The position numbers and the translations under genes were made by a program. From the human T2T-CHM13v2.0 reference genome, Homo sapiens, in the NCBI RefSeq assembly GCF_009914755.1, contig NC_060930.1: a DNA stretch of 64,000 nucleotides. One strand, given 5' to 3'. Of the stretch, positions 52,349-64,000 are shown piece after piece; within the stretch, counting starts at the first letter, position 1; the number at the start of each line of letters is the position of its first letter. The notes below the pieces were generated by a model that was given only the letters and a program-made list of their open reading frames with translations, was not told where the DNA came from and searched no databases.

Positions 52349-52815
52349 GGTTGACACCAAGTAACTGAAACCGAAGGTAAGGAGGGACTACTATATTTCA
52401 ATATAAGAAATATTAGTTATATGTTAGAAATATAGGAGTATTTTCATATAAGAAAAATATTAATTTTCCCTGAGAATCATGATAGAAATGTTTTAGATAG
52501 AAATGGGAAAGAACTATTGCTTTTGGCTCTACAAAAACCTGGAGAAAGGTGACTCCTGATTGACACACATGGAAATATACAGAGAAGTTCAAGGGAGCAT
52601 TCAAATCAAAGGAATGAAGTAAGCAGACAAAAGAGAGTGAGCACATCACATTAAGTACAGATGTAGGGATTCAAACTTTATTTTAGCACAGAATCACCAG
52701 ACTTTAGTGCATTCAGAATGTCTTTTATGCCCATCCTAAATAAATCTTATAGTTAGTTGTTAAGCATAATGAAAATCAGTGAATACTCTAGACCTAACTG
52801 CAATAAAACAACACA

Positions 52816-53110
52816 CAGTTGTTGCTTGGTATTTTGGGGGGATTAGTTCCAGGACCTCCCCAGGATACCAAAATATGTGGATGTTCAAGTCCCTAACATA
52901 AAATGGTGCAGTACTAGCATAAAACCTATGTTCATTCTACCCATATATTTTAAATCACTAGATTACTTATAATACCTAATAAAATGTAAAGGCTATAAAT
53001 GGATACTGTATTGGTCTTTTATTTGTATTAACTTTTTTTGTTTTTTCCCCTCCAACTATTTTTGATCATTGGTTGGTTGAATCATTCATGTGGAACTCTT
53101 GGATTCCAAC
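52816..53110. mobile_element. Tigger-type element (MER2-like)
   Basis: ggggattagttccaggacctccccaggataccaaaat...caagtccctaacataaaatggtgcagta. Confidence 0.7.
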
Positions 53111-53129
53111 CAATGGTAAATAGGGATGT

Positions 53130-53730
53130 TTATGCCTGAGGTAGATTGGATTATTGTTCCCAATTCTTTATCCCTGTGTGTATCCTTTTCCATGTGACTG
53201 CCTTTTCCATGTAATTTACAGTTAATCTCACCAAAGGCAGAGCACAGTTAACCCTTGAACAATACAGGCTTGAACTGTGCAGGTCCACTTATATACAAAT
53301 TTTTTTCGACCAAATGCAGATAAAGAATACAGTCTTCTTGGGATGTGAAACTTGAGTATGCAAGGGCCGACTTGTCCTATATCTAGGTTCAGCAGGGCCA
53401 GCTGTGGGACTTGATTATGCACAGATTTGCGTATACTCAGATGGTCCTGGAACTAATCCCCCATGTATACCAAGGGATAACTATATATCTTTGCCCTGTT
53501 GATGTTGGGCTTGGCCATGTGACTGGCTTTGGCTAATGGGATATTAGTGGACATGAAGCAAGTAAAGACTTGAAGTACAGAGACATGTGACACAGATCTG
53601 AATCACGCCTGCAGCCAGGAGCCAGGCCCTACCACGTGCATTGTCACTAGCAGACCTGCCCCTGAGGACATGTGAGTGAGAGGGAAATGATGGTTGGTTG
53701 TTATGTAGCATTACTGTGGCAAAACTGAGT
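53130..53730. mobile_element. MLT1-type LTR interrupted by a Tigger-type (MER46-like) element at about 53245-53483
   Basis: cagttaacccttgaacaatacaggcttgaactgtgcaggtccacttata (Tigger); gggcttggccatgtgactggctttggctaatggg (MLT1). Confidence 0.65.
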
Positions 53731-54749
53731 AGGGCAGGACCTAAAAGTCAAACACGACAGCAAATGTGAGCAAAGTTATACTTAAAAAAAAAAAAAAAAA
53801 AAAAAAGGCCATAACATCCATTGAGTACATATCATTTTTTGGTCATAAAAATTTAGTATTATATAATTTAGCTTAGTATTTTTGTTTTTAAGTAACATAT
53901 GCTTATATGCATATAAAATGTTAACAGTGATGATTTCTGAGTGGTAGGATTACAGGTGAGTTTGCTTCCTAATTTATGCATTTCAGGATTTTCAAAATGT
54001 CACATAATAAATACTGTTATAAATCAAATTGCAAATGCCATTTTCAAAATAAAATGAATATAGCCAGATATTAGACAATTCATTGCATCTCAGCCATAAA
54101 TAAGTACTGCATGAAGAGTGCATCACTCAGAAACAGAGTCCACTCATTGCATTTATTATTTACTATGGGTCAGATACTGGGCTAGGTGCTTAGTATGCAA
54201 AAGACCCATCTGTCAGAATGATACATGGCATATTGATGTAGATGTATTTATTATTTTCTCTGTAATCTCTGCTTGCCCCATCACTTCTCTAATTTCAAAT
54301 AAGACCTTGCTTTTGCGAGAGACTAACCAAAATAGAGAGAGCAAAGAGGCTGAGTTTCATATATTTTGGCTCTTGAGCTCCCAATGGCCAACTTTTGGTA
54401 TGATCATCAGTTTGCAATGTAACAAGATGTTGGGATTGGGCTCTGCTTCCACTGAAGCATCAGCGAGCTAGATACAGAACACGGATGTGTGTATGAGACA
54501 GACCCTTTGCCACAGTTACATGAAAGAGGGAGTGACACCCAGATGCCTCAGTGAGGTCAAGAACACAAGAAAGGGGTAAAAGAGAATTTTGTGAGGAGGC
54601 TGTATTTGGAGCAAGCTGTGCTTTATACCTTACCTTCTCCATGGTGGGGAGTGTCTGCTGAGAACTGCAAAATTCTCAGCAGGAAGGAATCCATCCAAAT
54701 CTGCACTAGGGGACTTGCTCAAACTCTGCCATAGCTTCTGGCAGCCTAA

Positions 54750-55830
54750 GGCTATGTCCCTAAGATAACTCCTCCCCTCCCCCACTTTGAGTTTCCATAG
54801 GGAAAAGGCCAAGGCTGTGAAAAGAATTTACTATTTGTTCTAGCCAACAGCTGACCATGGGCCCTTGACCTGCCTTTCTTAGCACACTTACTTTTAAAAA
54901 GCTTAGAACTGTAAAGCCTTCCTCAGTCCCTTTGAGAAGTATTATAAATCTGCTACAACAGAAGACACCTTTGTCAAGGACCTGAAAGTCATTCCTTTGA
55001 AATGTAATCATCAGAAACGATAGGATTTTTGTCTTCCTGTCCCTTTGGGAGGGCAGAAGCCCCAATTCCATAAATGCCAGTTAGCAGACACAGATGGCCT
55101 AACACATTTATTTTGAATTAACTCTCTTTCTGGCTTTTTGTATTTTTCACTGCCCTAACTCCACTGAAGGCCCTGCCTCTTCCCCTCCCTACTTCCTGAT
55201 TGTCTATTTAAAACACCTAGGCACTTGTGTGTAAAGTGAAACGGAGCTCAGCTCTTTCCTGAATAAAACCTGTGGAGGGGAAAGGAAACATCTTTTCTTC
55301 CCATCACTAGGCTCAAGGCTTAGGCATCTGTAACAAAAGACAGCCTAACAGGAGAAAAGCATACAAATGTATTCAATGTAAGTTTTACATGACATAGGAG
55401 CCTTCAGAAATGAAGACCCAAAGAAACAGGGAAACCTGTGTATTTTTATGTTAGATTTGATGGAGACGTGGAACACTGAGGAAAAGTATGATTGGACAAA
55501 AAAGGTCTGATGGAATGGTGATTAGCTGGAGGAAACTTAGCAAGGCCTGCTTGTTCAGATTTTTCCTGTGTCCCTATGTCTTCAGAGACAAGGACATTTT
55601 TTTCTAGGATGGGGAGGATACATCTCCAATGAGGATCTCATGACCTACTTCAGAGGAAGTTCAGAAGAATTCTTTCATGCCCGCTTCAGGGGAGAAGCAT
55701 GGGAGAAGGTCACAAAGACTCTTTTACTGCAGTTTTCTCAAATGTCAAAGCACTACCTTTTGGGATAGTATGCCCTGAAGCCCATCACCTGCTTTTCCCA
55801 CTTTCATCAATGCTAAGCCTTGCTTATCTC
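54750..55830. mobile_element. Nested ERV1-class LTR fragments (MER4-group / MER21-MER34-like)
   Basis: LTR-like phrases (tttgaaatgtaatcatcag; taacaaaagacagcctaacaggagaaaagcatacaaat; ttttacatgacataggagccttcagaaatgaagacccaaag). Subfamily not resolved. Confidence 0.5.
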
Positions 55831-56211
55831 TGACACTTCCTCCTTACCTCAAGCTTCATGGATGGAGGCTTTAAGGACCACACGGAGAACCTGGGACTGT
55901 ATTTCCTGTGATTGAGGATGCAGAGGACTGATATCTGAGGCCTGGGAGACAGCCAAGGGGAATGGTGGTGGCTGCACTCCCACCTGCGGATCTAGAGGGA
56001 GTGAAAATGTGGCCTCAGGCCTGCGTGGATGCTACTGCATGGGGCCCTGCCCACAGCCCAGAGTGGACAACTCTCCCTCATGGGGAAGAGGGGAGGCTGG
56101 CTGGCAGGGGCATGGCAGAGGCCTGAGAAGGTCTCACCCAGAAGAGTGGGAGGCCTGAGGAGGTACTGCACAGGCCCCTAGTAGCAGAGGCATATCCTCT
56201 GGGGTCAAGTG

Positions 56212-56419
56212 TGTGAAAGGAAAATCAAAACTCGGGTCCCCAATTCACTCTGCCAAAAGGAAAAACAATTAAGCTGAAAGCTGAGTCATGCAAAAAGCTC
56301 TTTCCTTGTTTCCAAACAGACAGCTACAGATAAAAGGTTAAATATCTCCACAGGTAGCTACTCTAGGTTCACCTTATCTTATGTAAAGTGCCGATTTACT
56401 GAGCATGAAACAAATACAT

Positions 56420-56450
<31 letters not shown>

Positions 56451-56971
56451 GAGAGGGAGTCTCCCTCTGTCGCCCAGGCTGGAGTGCAGTGGCAGGATCT
56501 AGGCTCACTGCAACCTCCGCCTCCTGGGGTCAAGTGATTCTCCTCCCTCAGCCTGCCTAGTAGCTGGGATTACAGGCGTATGTCACCACGCCAGGCTTAT
56601 TTTTGTATTTTTAGTAGAGACAGGGTTTCACCATGTTGGCCAGGCTAGCCTTGAACTCCTGACCTCAGGTGATCTGCCTGCCTTGGCCTCCCAAAGTGCT
56701 GGGATTACAGGCGTGAGCCACTGCGGCCGGCCGACAACTACATAATTGACTCTTCCCCTACCTGCTCCCTTTCTCTTGCAACACGTGGATTGAGTCACAT
56801 GACCATACCTTCCCTCTTTCTCCTGCAGCCGGCTTTTCTCCTTTAAATACTGAAGCCCTCAAAATCGTCTTTGGAGAAAGACACAGACCTGTCTTCAGGT
56901 CATTGCCTTAACCTTGGCAAAATAAACTTCTAAATGGATTGAGACCTGTCTCAGATACTTTTTGGTTTACA
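56212..56971 (+). mobile_element. MER4-type solo LTR containing an Alu
   Basis: Termini tgtgaaaggaaaatcaaaactcggg ... gagacctgtctcagatactttttggtttaca. Confidence 0.8.
56423..56733 (-). mobile_element. Alu (AluSx-like) with T28 tail
   Basis: Full Alu ending gagccactgcggccggcc. Confidence 0.96.
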
Positions 56972-57808
56972 AGGGCGAGCTCACAAGGCTTTAGCGGACC
57001 TCTGGGAGCGTGCACAAAGAAGGGACGCTTGAATTGCTTGTTTTCTCAAGAAGTGTCAGGTCTGAGAGCCTGAAGCTACCCAGCCAAGTACTCCTCACGT
57101 CTCCTCCCTGCCTTACAGGGAGGGGATTCAGCGTTGGTTTTGACTGTCACCAGGACTGGACATCCTGATGACCGAAAAAGCAGATGGCGTTTGTGACTAT
57201 ATATACATAATACAACAGAGAAAGCCAAAAATCCAAGGAACTGCAAGAATTTTTATCCGGGTGAAGATTATCCTGACAGAGAAAAGTTAGGTGAGGAAGA
57301 CAAAAACAAAGCTGTATTTGGATAATGTCACGAGTCCTGTTTGTTCAACACACTGGACACAGCAAGACGACTGACTGAATTAGCCTCCCATGGCCTCTGC
57401 CCAGGCTGGATAAGAACCTCAAACCTAGGAGGGAGTGGAGGAGACGGAGCTTGGAGAGGTGAGTTAGGCATGGGGGGAGGGCTGTGTCTCCCATGCCTCC
57501 TCTGACTTGCTCTAGGGAGTTGGCTGGAGGCGAAAGTAGAACTCTCCGCCCTCCTTAAAGTTTGGGAAACCTGAGAGTGGAGAGATCTTTTGCCTCGTTG
57601 CTGGTGGAAGTGAGACAGCCAGGTGGGAAGGGCTCCCTGGCAGAACCTCTGATGGCCTGCGCACCATGGGGAATGCGCTCTGATGTGGAGCCCTGGGAAG
57701 TTCACGCCCTTTGCAGCGGGGAGGAGCCTGGCATCTCTCTCCTGTTCCGGGGTGTGGTACCTGGGATTGCATCTGCGAGGTGGGAAGTGCACTAGCAGGG
57801 ACTCTGGC

Positions 57809-58260
57809 TGTCAGGCCTCTGAGCCCAAGCCCAGCCATCGCATCCCCTGTGACTTGCACATATATGCCCAGATGGCCTGAAGTAACTGAAGAATCACAAA
57901 AGAAGTGAATATGCCCTGCCGCACCTTAACTGATGACATTCCACCACAAAAGAAGTGTAAACGGCCGGTCCTTGTCTTAAGTGATGACATTACCTTGTGA
58001 AAGTCCTTTTCCGAGCTCATCCTGGCTCAAAAAGCACCCCCACTGAGCACCTTGGGACCCCCGCCCCTGCCCACCAGAGAACAACCCCCTTTGACTGTAA
58101 TTTTCCTTTACCTTCCCAAATCCTATAAAACGGCCGCACCCCTATCTCCCTTGGCTGACTCTCATTTCGGACTCAGCCCGCCTGCACCCAGGTGAAATAA
58201 ACAGCCATGTTGCTCACACAAAGCCTGTTTGGTGGTCTCTTCACACGGACACGCATGAAA
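57809..58260 (+). repeat. 5' LTR7
   Basis: tgtcaggcctctgagcccaag ... cacacggacacgcatgaaa, with TATA box cctataaaa and aataaa. Confidence 0.96.
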
Positions 58261-58262
58261 TT

Positions 58263-58280
58263 TGGTGCCATGACTCGAAT
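58263..58280 (+). other. Primer binding site (tRNA-His)
   Basis: tggtgccatgactcgaat versus the expected TGGTGCCGTGACTCGGAT (two G>A changes). Confidence 0.9.
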
Positions 58281-59389
58281 TGGGGGACCTCCCTTGGGAG
58301 ATCAATCCCCTGTACTGCTGTTCTTTGCTCCATGAGAAAGATCCACCTACGACCTCAGGTCCTCAGACCGACCAGCCCAAGGAACATCTCACCAATTTTA
58401 AATCAGGTTAGCGGCCTCTTCTTACTCTCTTCTCCAGCCTCTCTCTGTCCCTCAACCACACTTTCTCCTTTCCACTCTTCAATCTCTCCCTTCTCTTAAT
58501 TTCAATTCCTTTCATTTTCTGAGACAGACAAAGGAGACACGTTTTATCCGTGGACACAAAACTCTGGCGCCGGTCACGGACTGGGAAGGCAGCTTTCCCT
58601 TGGTGTTTAATCATTGCAGGGACACCTCTCTGATTATACACCCACGTTTCAAGGGTGTCAGACCACGCAGGGACGCCTGCCTTGGTCCTTCACCCTTAGC
58701 GGCAAGTCCCACTTTTCTGGGGAAGGTGCAAGTACCTCAACCCCTTCTCTCCTTGTCCCTACCCATTCTCTGCTTTTCCGGGGACAGGGCAAGTACCCCA
58801 ACCCCTTCTCTCCTTGTCTCTACCCTTCTCTGCTTTTCTGGGAGAGGGGCAAGTACCTCAACCCCTTCTCTCCGTGTCTCTACCCCTTCTCTGCTTTCCT
58901 GGGGCAGGGGTAAGTACCCCTCAACCCCTTCTCCTTCACCCTTAGCGGCAAATCCCACTTTCCTAGGGGGAAAGAACCCCCCAATCGCTTATTTCCGCAC
59001 CCCAACCTCTTATCTCTGCACCCCAATACCTTATTTCCGCACCCTGACCTCTTATCTCTGTGCCTCAATCCCTTATTTCCGTGCCCCAACCCCTTCTCTG
59101 CTTTTCTGGAGGGCAGGAACCCCTCACCCCTTCTCCGTGTCTCTACTCTTTTCTCTGGGCTTGCCTCCTTCACTATAGGTAAGCTTCCACCTTCCATTCC
59201 TCCTTCTTCTCCCTTGGCCTGTGTTCTCAAAAACTTAAAATCTCTTCAACTCACACCTGACCTAAAACCTAAATGCCTTATTTTCTTCTGCAATGCCGCT
59301 TGACCCCAATACAAACTCGACAGTAGTTCCAAATAGCCAGAAAATGGCACTTTCAATTTTTCCATCCTACAAGATCTAAATAATTCTTG

Positions 59390-60380
59390 TCATAAAATGG
59401 GCAAATGGTCTGAGGTGCCTGACGTCCAGGCATTCTTTTACACATCAGTCCCTTCCTAGTCTCTGTGTCCAGTGCAACTCATCCCAAATCTTCCTTCTTT
59501 CCATTCTGCCTGTCCCCTTAGTCCCAACCCCAAGCGTCACTGAGTCTTTCTAATCTTCCTTTTCTACAGACCCATCTGACCTCTTCCCTCCTCGCCAGCC
59601 CAAGCTACGTCCCAATTCTTCCTCAGCCTCCGCTCCTCCACCCTATAATCTTTTTATCACCTCCCCTCCTCACACCTGGTCCGGCTTACAGTTTCGTTCC
59701 GTGACTAGCCCTCCCCCACCTGCCCAGCAATTTACTCTTAAAAAGGTGGCTGGAGCCAAAGACATAGTCAAGGTTAATGCTCCTTTTTCTTTATCCCAAA
59801 TCAGATAGCATTTAGGCTTTTTCATCAAATATAAAAACCCAGCCCAGTTAATGGCTCGTTCGGCAGCAACCCTGAGACACTTTACAGCCCTAGACCCTAA
59901 AAGGTCAAAAGGCCGTCTTATTCTCAAAATACATTTTATTACCCAATCTGCTCCCAACATCAAATAAAACACCAAAAATTAAATTCTGGCCCTCAAACCC
60001 CACAACAGGATTTAATTAACCTCATCTTCAAGGTGTACAATAACAGAAAAAAGTTGCAATTCCTTGCCTCCACTGTGAGACAAACCCCAGCCACATCTCC
60101 AGCACACAAGAACTTCCAAATGCCTGACCCACAGCGGCCAGGCATTCCTCCAGAACCTCCTCCCCCAGGAGCTTGCTACATGTGCCGGAAATCTGGCCAC
60201 TGGGCCAAGGAATGCCCGCAGCCCGGGATTCCTCCTAAGCCGCGTCCCCTCTGTGTGGGACCCCACTGAAAATCGGACTGTTCAACTCACCTGACAGCCA
60301 CTCCCAGAGCCCCTGGAACTCTGGCCCAAGGCTCTCTGACTCCTTCCCAGATCTTCTCAGCTTAGCGGCTGAAGACTGAC
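59390..60380 (+). pseudogene. HERV-H gag remnant
   Basis: CCHC zinc knuckle CYMCRKSGHWAKEC in ORF 60033..60269. The frame is otherwise broken, and the boundaries are approximate. Confidence 0.8.
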
Positions 60381-60415
60381 ACTGCCCGATCCCCTCGGAA
60401 GCCCCCTAAACCATC

Positions 60416-62610
60416 ATGGACGCCGAGCTTGGGGTAACTCTCACAGTGGAAGGTAAGCCCGTCCCCTTCTTAATCAATACGGAGGCTACCCACTCCATAT
60501 TACCTTCTTTTCAAGGGCCTGTTTCCCTTGCCTCCATAACTGTTGTGGGTATTCACGGCCAGGCTTCTAAACCTCTTGAAACTCCCCAACTCTGGTGCTA
60601 ACTTGGACAATACTCTTTTAAGCACTCCTTTTTAGTTATCCCCACCTGCCCAGTTCCCTTATTAGGCTGAGACACTTTAAATTATCTGCTTCCCTGACTA
60701 TTCCTAGACTACAGCTATATCTCATGGCCGCCCTTTTTCCCAATCCAAAGCCTCCTTTGCGTCCTCCTCTTGTATCCCCCCACCTTAACCCACAAGTATA
60801 AGATACCTCTACTCCCTCCTTGGAGACCGATCATGCACCCCTTACCATCTCATTAAAACCTAATCACCCTTACCCCACTCAACACCAATATCCCATCCCA
60901 CAGCAGGCTTTAAAAAGATTAAAGCCTGTTATCACTCGCCTGCTACAGCATGGTGTTTTAAAGCCTATAAACTCTCCTTATAATTCCCCCATTTTACCTG
61001 TCCTAAAACCAGACAAGCCTTACAATTTAGTTCAGGATCTGCACCTTATCAACCAAATTGTTTTGCCTATCCACCCCGTGGTGCCAAACCCATATACTCT
61101 CCTATCCTCAATACCTGCCTCTACAACCCATTATTCTGTTCTGGATCTCAAACATGCTTTCTTTACTATTCCTTTGCATCCTTAATCCCAGCCTCTCTTC
61201 GCTTTCACTTGGACTGACCCTGACACCCATCAAGCTCAGCAAATTACCTAGGCTGCACTGCCGCAAAGCTTCACAAACAGCCCCCATTACTTCAATCAAG
61301 CCCAAATTTCTTCCTCATCTGTTACCTATCTCGGCATAATTCTCATAAAAACACATGTGCTCTCCCTGCCAATCGTGTCCAACTGATCTCTCAAACCCCA
61401 GCACCTTCTACAAAACCACAACTCCTTTCCATCCTAAGCATGGTTAGCTCGGTCAGAATTCTTACACAAGAGCCAGGACCACACCCTGTAGCCTTTCTGT
61501 CCAAACAACTTGACCTTACTGTTTTAGCCTAGCCCTCATGTCTGCGTGCAGCAGCTGCCACTGCTTTAATACTTTTAGAGGCCCTCAAAATCACAAACTG
61601 TGTTCAACTCACTCTCTGCAGTTCTCATAACTTCCAAAATCTATTTTCTTCCTCATACCTGACGCATATACTTTCTGCTTCCCGGCTCCTTCAGCTGTAC
61701 TCACTGTTTGTTGAGTCTCCCACAATTACCATTGTTCCTGGCCCATACTTCAATCCAGCCTCCCACATTATTCCTGATACCACACCTGACCCCCATGACC
61801 GTATCTCTCTGATCCACCTGACATTCACATTTCCCCAAATTTCCTTCTTTCCTGTTCCTCACCCTGATCACGCTTGATTTATTGATGGCGGTTCCACCAG
61901 GCCTAATCGCCACACACCAGCAAAGGCAGGTTATGCTATAGTACAAGCCACTAGCCCGCCTCTTAGAACCTCTCATTTCCTTTCCATTGTGGAAATCTAT
62001 CCTCAAGGAAATAACTTCTCAGTGTTCCATCTGCTATTCTACTACTCCTCAGGGATTATTCAGGCCCCCTCCCTTCCCTACACATCAAGCTCGAGGATTT
62101 GCCCCACCCAGGACTGGCAAATTAGCTTTACTCAACATGCCCCGAGTCGGATAACTAAAATACCTCTTAGTCTAGGTAGACACTTTCACTGGATAGGTAG
62201 AGGCCTTTCCTACAGGGTCTGAGAAGGCCACCACAGTCATTTCTACCCTTCTGTCAGACATAATTCCTCAGTTTAGCCTTCCCATCTCAATACAGTCTGA
62301 TAACAGACCAGCCTTTATTAGTCAAATCAGCCAGCAGTTTTTCAGGCTCTTAGTATTCAGTGAAACCTTTATATCCCTCACGGTCCTGCGTCTTCAAGAA
62401 AAGTAGAATAGACTAAAGGTCTTTTAAAAACACACCTCACCAAGCTCAGCCACCAACTTAAAAAGGACTGGACAATACTTTTACCACTTTCCCTTCTCAG
62501 AATTCAGGCCTGTCCTCAGAATGCTACAGGGTACAGCCCATTTAAGCTCCTGTATAGACGCTCCTTTTTATTAGGCCCCAGTCTCATTCCAGACACCAGA
62601 CCGACTTTGA
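60416..62610 (+). pseudogene. HERV-H pro-pol remnant (protease, partial RT, RNase H and integrase pieces)
   Basis: FLINTEATHS (degenerate DTGA), SPYNSPILPVLKP...VQDL, SVLDLKHAFFTIPL (degenerate LDLKDAFF); many stops and deletions. Confidence 0.88.
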
Positions 62611-63198
62611 CTGTGCCCCAAAAAAAATTGTCATCCCTACTATCTTCTGTCTAGTCATACTCCTATTCACCGTTCTCAACTACTCATACATGCCTTGCTC
62701 TTGTTTACACTGCCGGTTTACACTGTTTCTCCAAGCCATCACAGCTGATATCTCCTCCTGCTATCCCCAAACTGCCACTCTTAACTCTTGAAGTAAATAA
62801 ATAATCTTTGCTGGCAGGACTATGCTGAATCTCCTTAGGCACTCTCTAATCAGATATCCTGAGTCATCCCAATTCTTAGAACTTTTATACCTGTTTTTCT
62901 CCTTCTGTTATTCCATTTAGTTTTTCAATTCATCCAAAACCGTATCCAGGCCATCACCAATCATTCTATACGACAAATGTTTCTTCTAACATCCCCACAA
63001 TATCACCCCTTACCACAAGACCTCCCTTCAGCTTAATCTCTCCCACTCTAGGTTCCCACACTGCCCCTAATCCCGCTTGAAGCAGCTCTGACAAACATCG
63101 CCCATTCTCTCTCCATACCACTCCCTAAAAATTTTCGCTGCCCCAACACTTCAACACTATTTTGTTTTATTTTTCTTATTAATGTAAGAAGTCAGGAA

Positions 63199-63650
63199 TG
63201 TCAGGCCTCTGAGCCCAAGCCAAGCCATCGCATCCCCTGTGACTTGCACGTATAAGCCCCGATGGCCTGAAGTAACTGAAGAATCACAAAAGAAGTGAAT
63301 ATGCCCTGCCCCACCTTAACTGATGACATTCCACCACAAAAGAAGTGTAAATGGCCGTTCCTTGCCTTAAGTGATGACATTACCTTGTGAAAGTCCTTTT
63401 CCTAGCTCATCCTGGCTCAAAAAGCTCCCCCACTGAGCACCTTGGGACCCTTGCCCCTGCCCACCAGAGAACAACCCCCTTTGACTGTAATTTTCCTTTA
63501 CCTTCCCAAATCCTATAAAATGGCCCCACCCCTATCTCCCTTGGCTGACTCTCATTTCGGACTCAGCCCGCCTGCATCCAGGTGAAATAAACAGCCATGT
63601 TGCTCACACAAAGCCTGTTTGGTGGTCTCTTCACACGGACGCGCATGAAA
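63199..63650 (+). repeat. 3' LTR7
   Basis: Colinear with the 5' LTR, no indels, about 16 substitutions by manual count. Confidence 0.96.
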
Positions 63651-64000
63651 CCGGCCTTGCAGAGAGTCCCTGTTTCCCTCTTTTCCTTTTCACCCAAGAA
63701 ACGCTGCCCTTCTCACCCTTCAAATAGTGTGCGAGCCTAATTTTTTGTGGTCGTGTGATGAGGACCCCATCTTTAGTTGAACTAAGGAAAGTGTCTTACA
63801 ACAGAAGTGCCAGAGAGGTGGCCAGCTTGGTATAGAAGTGACCCTTGCTGCTATCCTGGAGGTCAGCTGTAACAGCGGAAGGGGTGGTGGGGCTTGTTGG
63901 GGCTTGAGAAGGCTGAAGACAGCCTGTGCCACACTGCCTGCTGTGATTTCTGAGGACCCAGAGTGCCATGAGAGATGATCTCCATCAATCACAGAATAGG

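Larger units (their letters stand above)
57809..63650 (+). mobile_element. HERV-H provirus (LTR7-int-LTR7), 5.84 kb, pol/env-deleted type
   Basis: Two 452-bp LTRs, tRNA-His PBS, gag/pro/pol remnants, polypurine tract aagaagtcaggaa, and a 5-bp TSD ctggc/ccggc. Confidence 0.97.
57571..63802 (+). mobile_element. Older ERV1 LTR (MER50-like) split by the HERV-H insertion (pieces about 57571-57808 and 63651-63802)
   Basis: Sequence reads continuously across the provirus (ggactctggc|cttgcagagagtccctg) and ends ...gaactaaggaaagtgtcttacaaca. The left boundary is uncertain. Confidence 0.55.

Noticed and set aside
58715-59100. Repeat-spacer-like pattern suggesting a CRISPR-type array
   Set aside because: The units are contiguous diverged tandem repeats inside an ERV in eukaryotic DNA, with no unique spacers or cas genes.
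58600-59230. 192-aa and 116-aa ORFs in the HERV-H leader
   Set aside because: Products of stop-poor tandem repeats with non-ATG or weak starts and no retroviral protein motif.
60033-62610. Functional HERV-H Gag/Pro/Pol
   Set aside because: The protease catalytic motif reads NTEA, RT motif A reads LDLKH, I found no YxDD motif, and there are multiple stops and deletions.

Overview
Primate (human-like) genomic DNA, AT-rich and repeat-dense. It holds the 3' part of the AKAP7 (AKAP18/AKAP15) gene on the + strand: an internal promoter with the first exon of the short lipid-anchored isoforms ([16 protein letters not shown], 13019-13067), the 69-nt beta cassette exon (15488-15556), and the terminal exon with the PKA-RII-binding helix (43981-44177) plus a 3'UTR ending near the AATAAA at 45962. 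A second, phase-compatible coding exon (44850-45055) lies inside that 3'UTR and would replace the PKA-binding helix. The window opens with the 5' half of an antisense L1PA element (ORF1 and ORF2 frameshifted, ORF0 open). It closes with a two-LTR HERV-H provirus (57809-63650) nested in an older LTR. The rest is Alu, L1M, L2, MIR, MaLR, MER4-group and DNA-transposon debris plus microsatellites. Most ORFs in the supplied track are spurious. Repeat subfamily names and many repeat boundaries are by-eye estimates. I found no wholly new system. The best leads concern AKAP7 splicing: a hidden alternative terminal exon and a recursive-splicing-type AG|GTGAGT exon.
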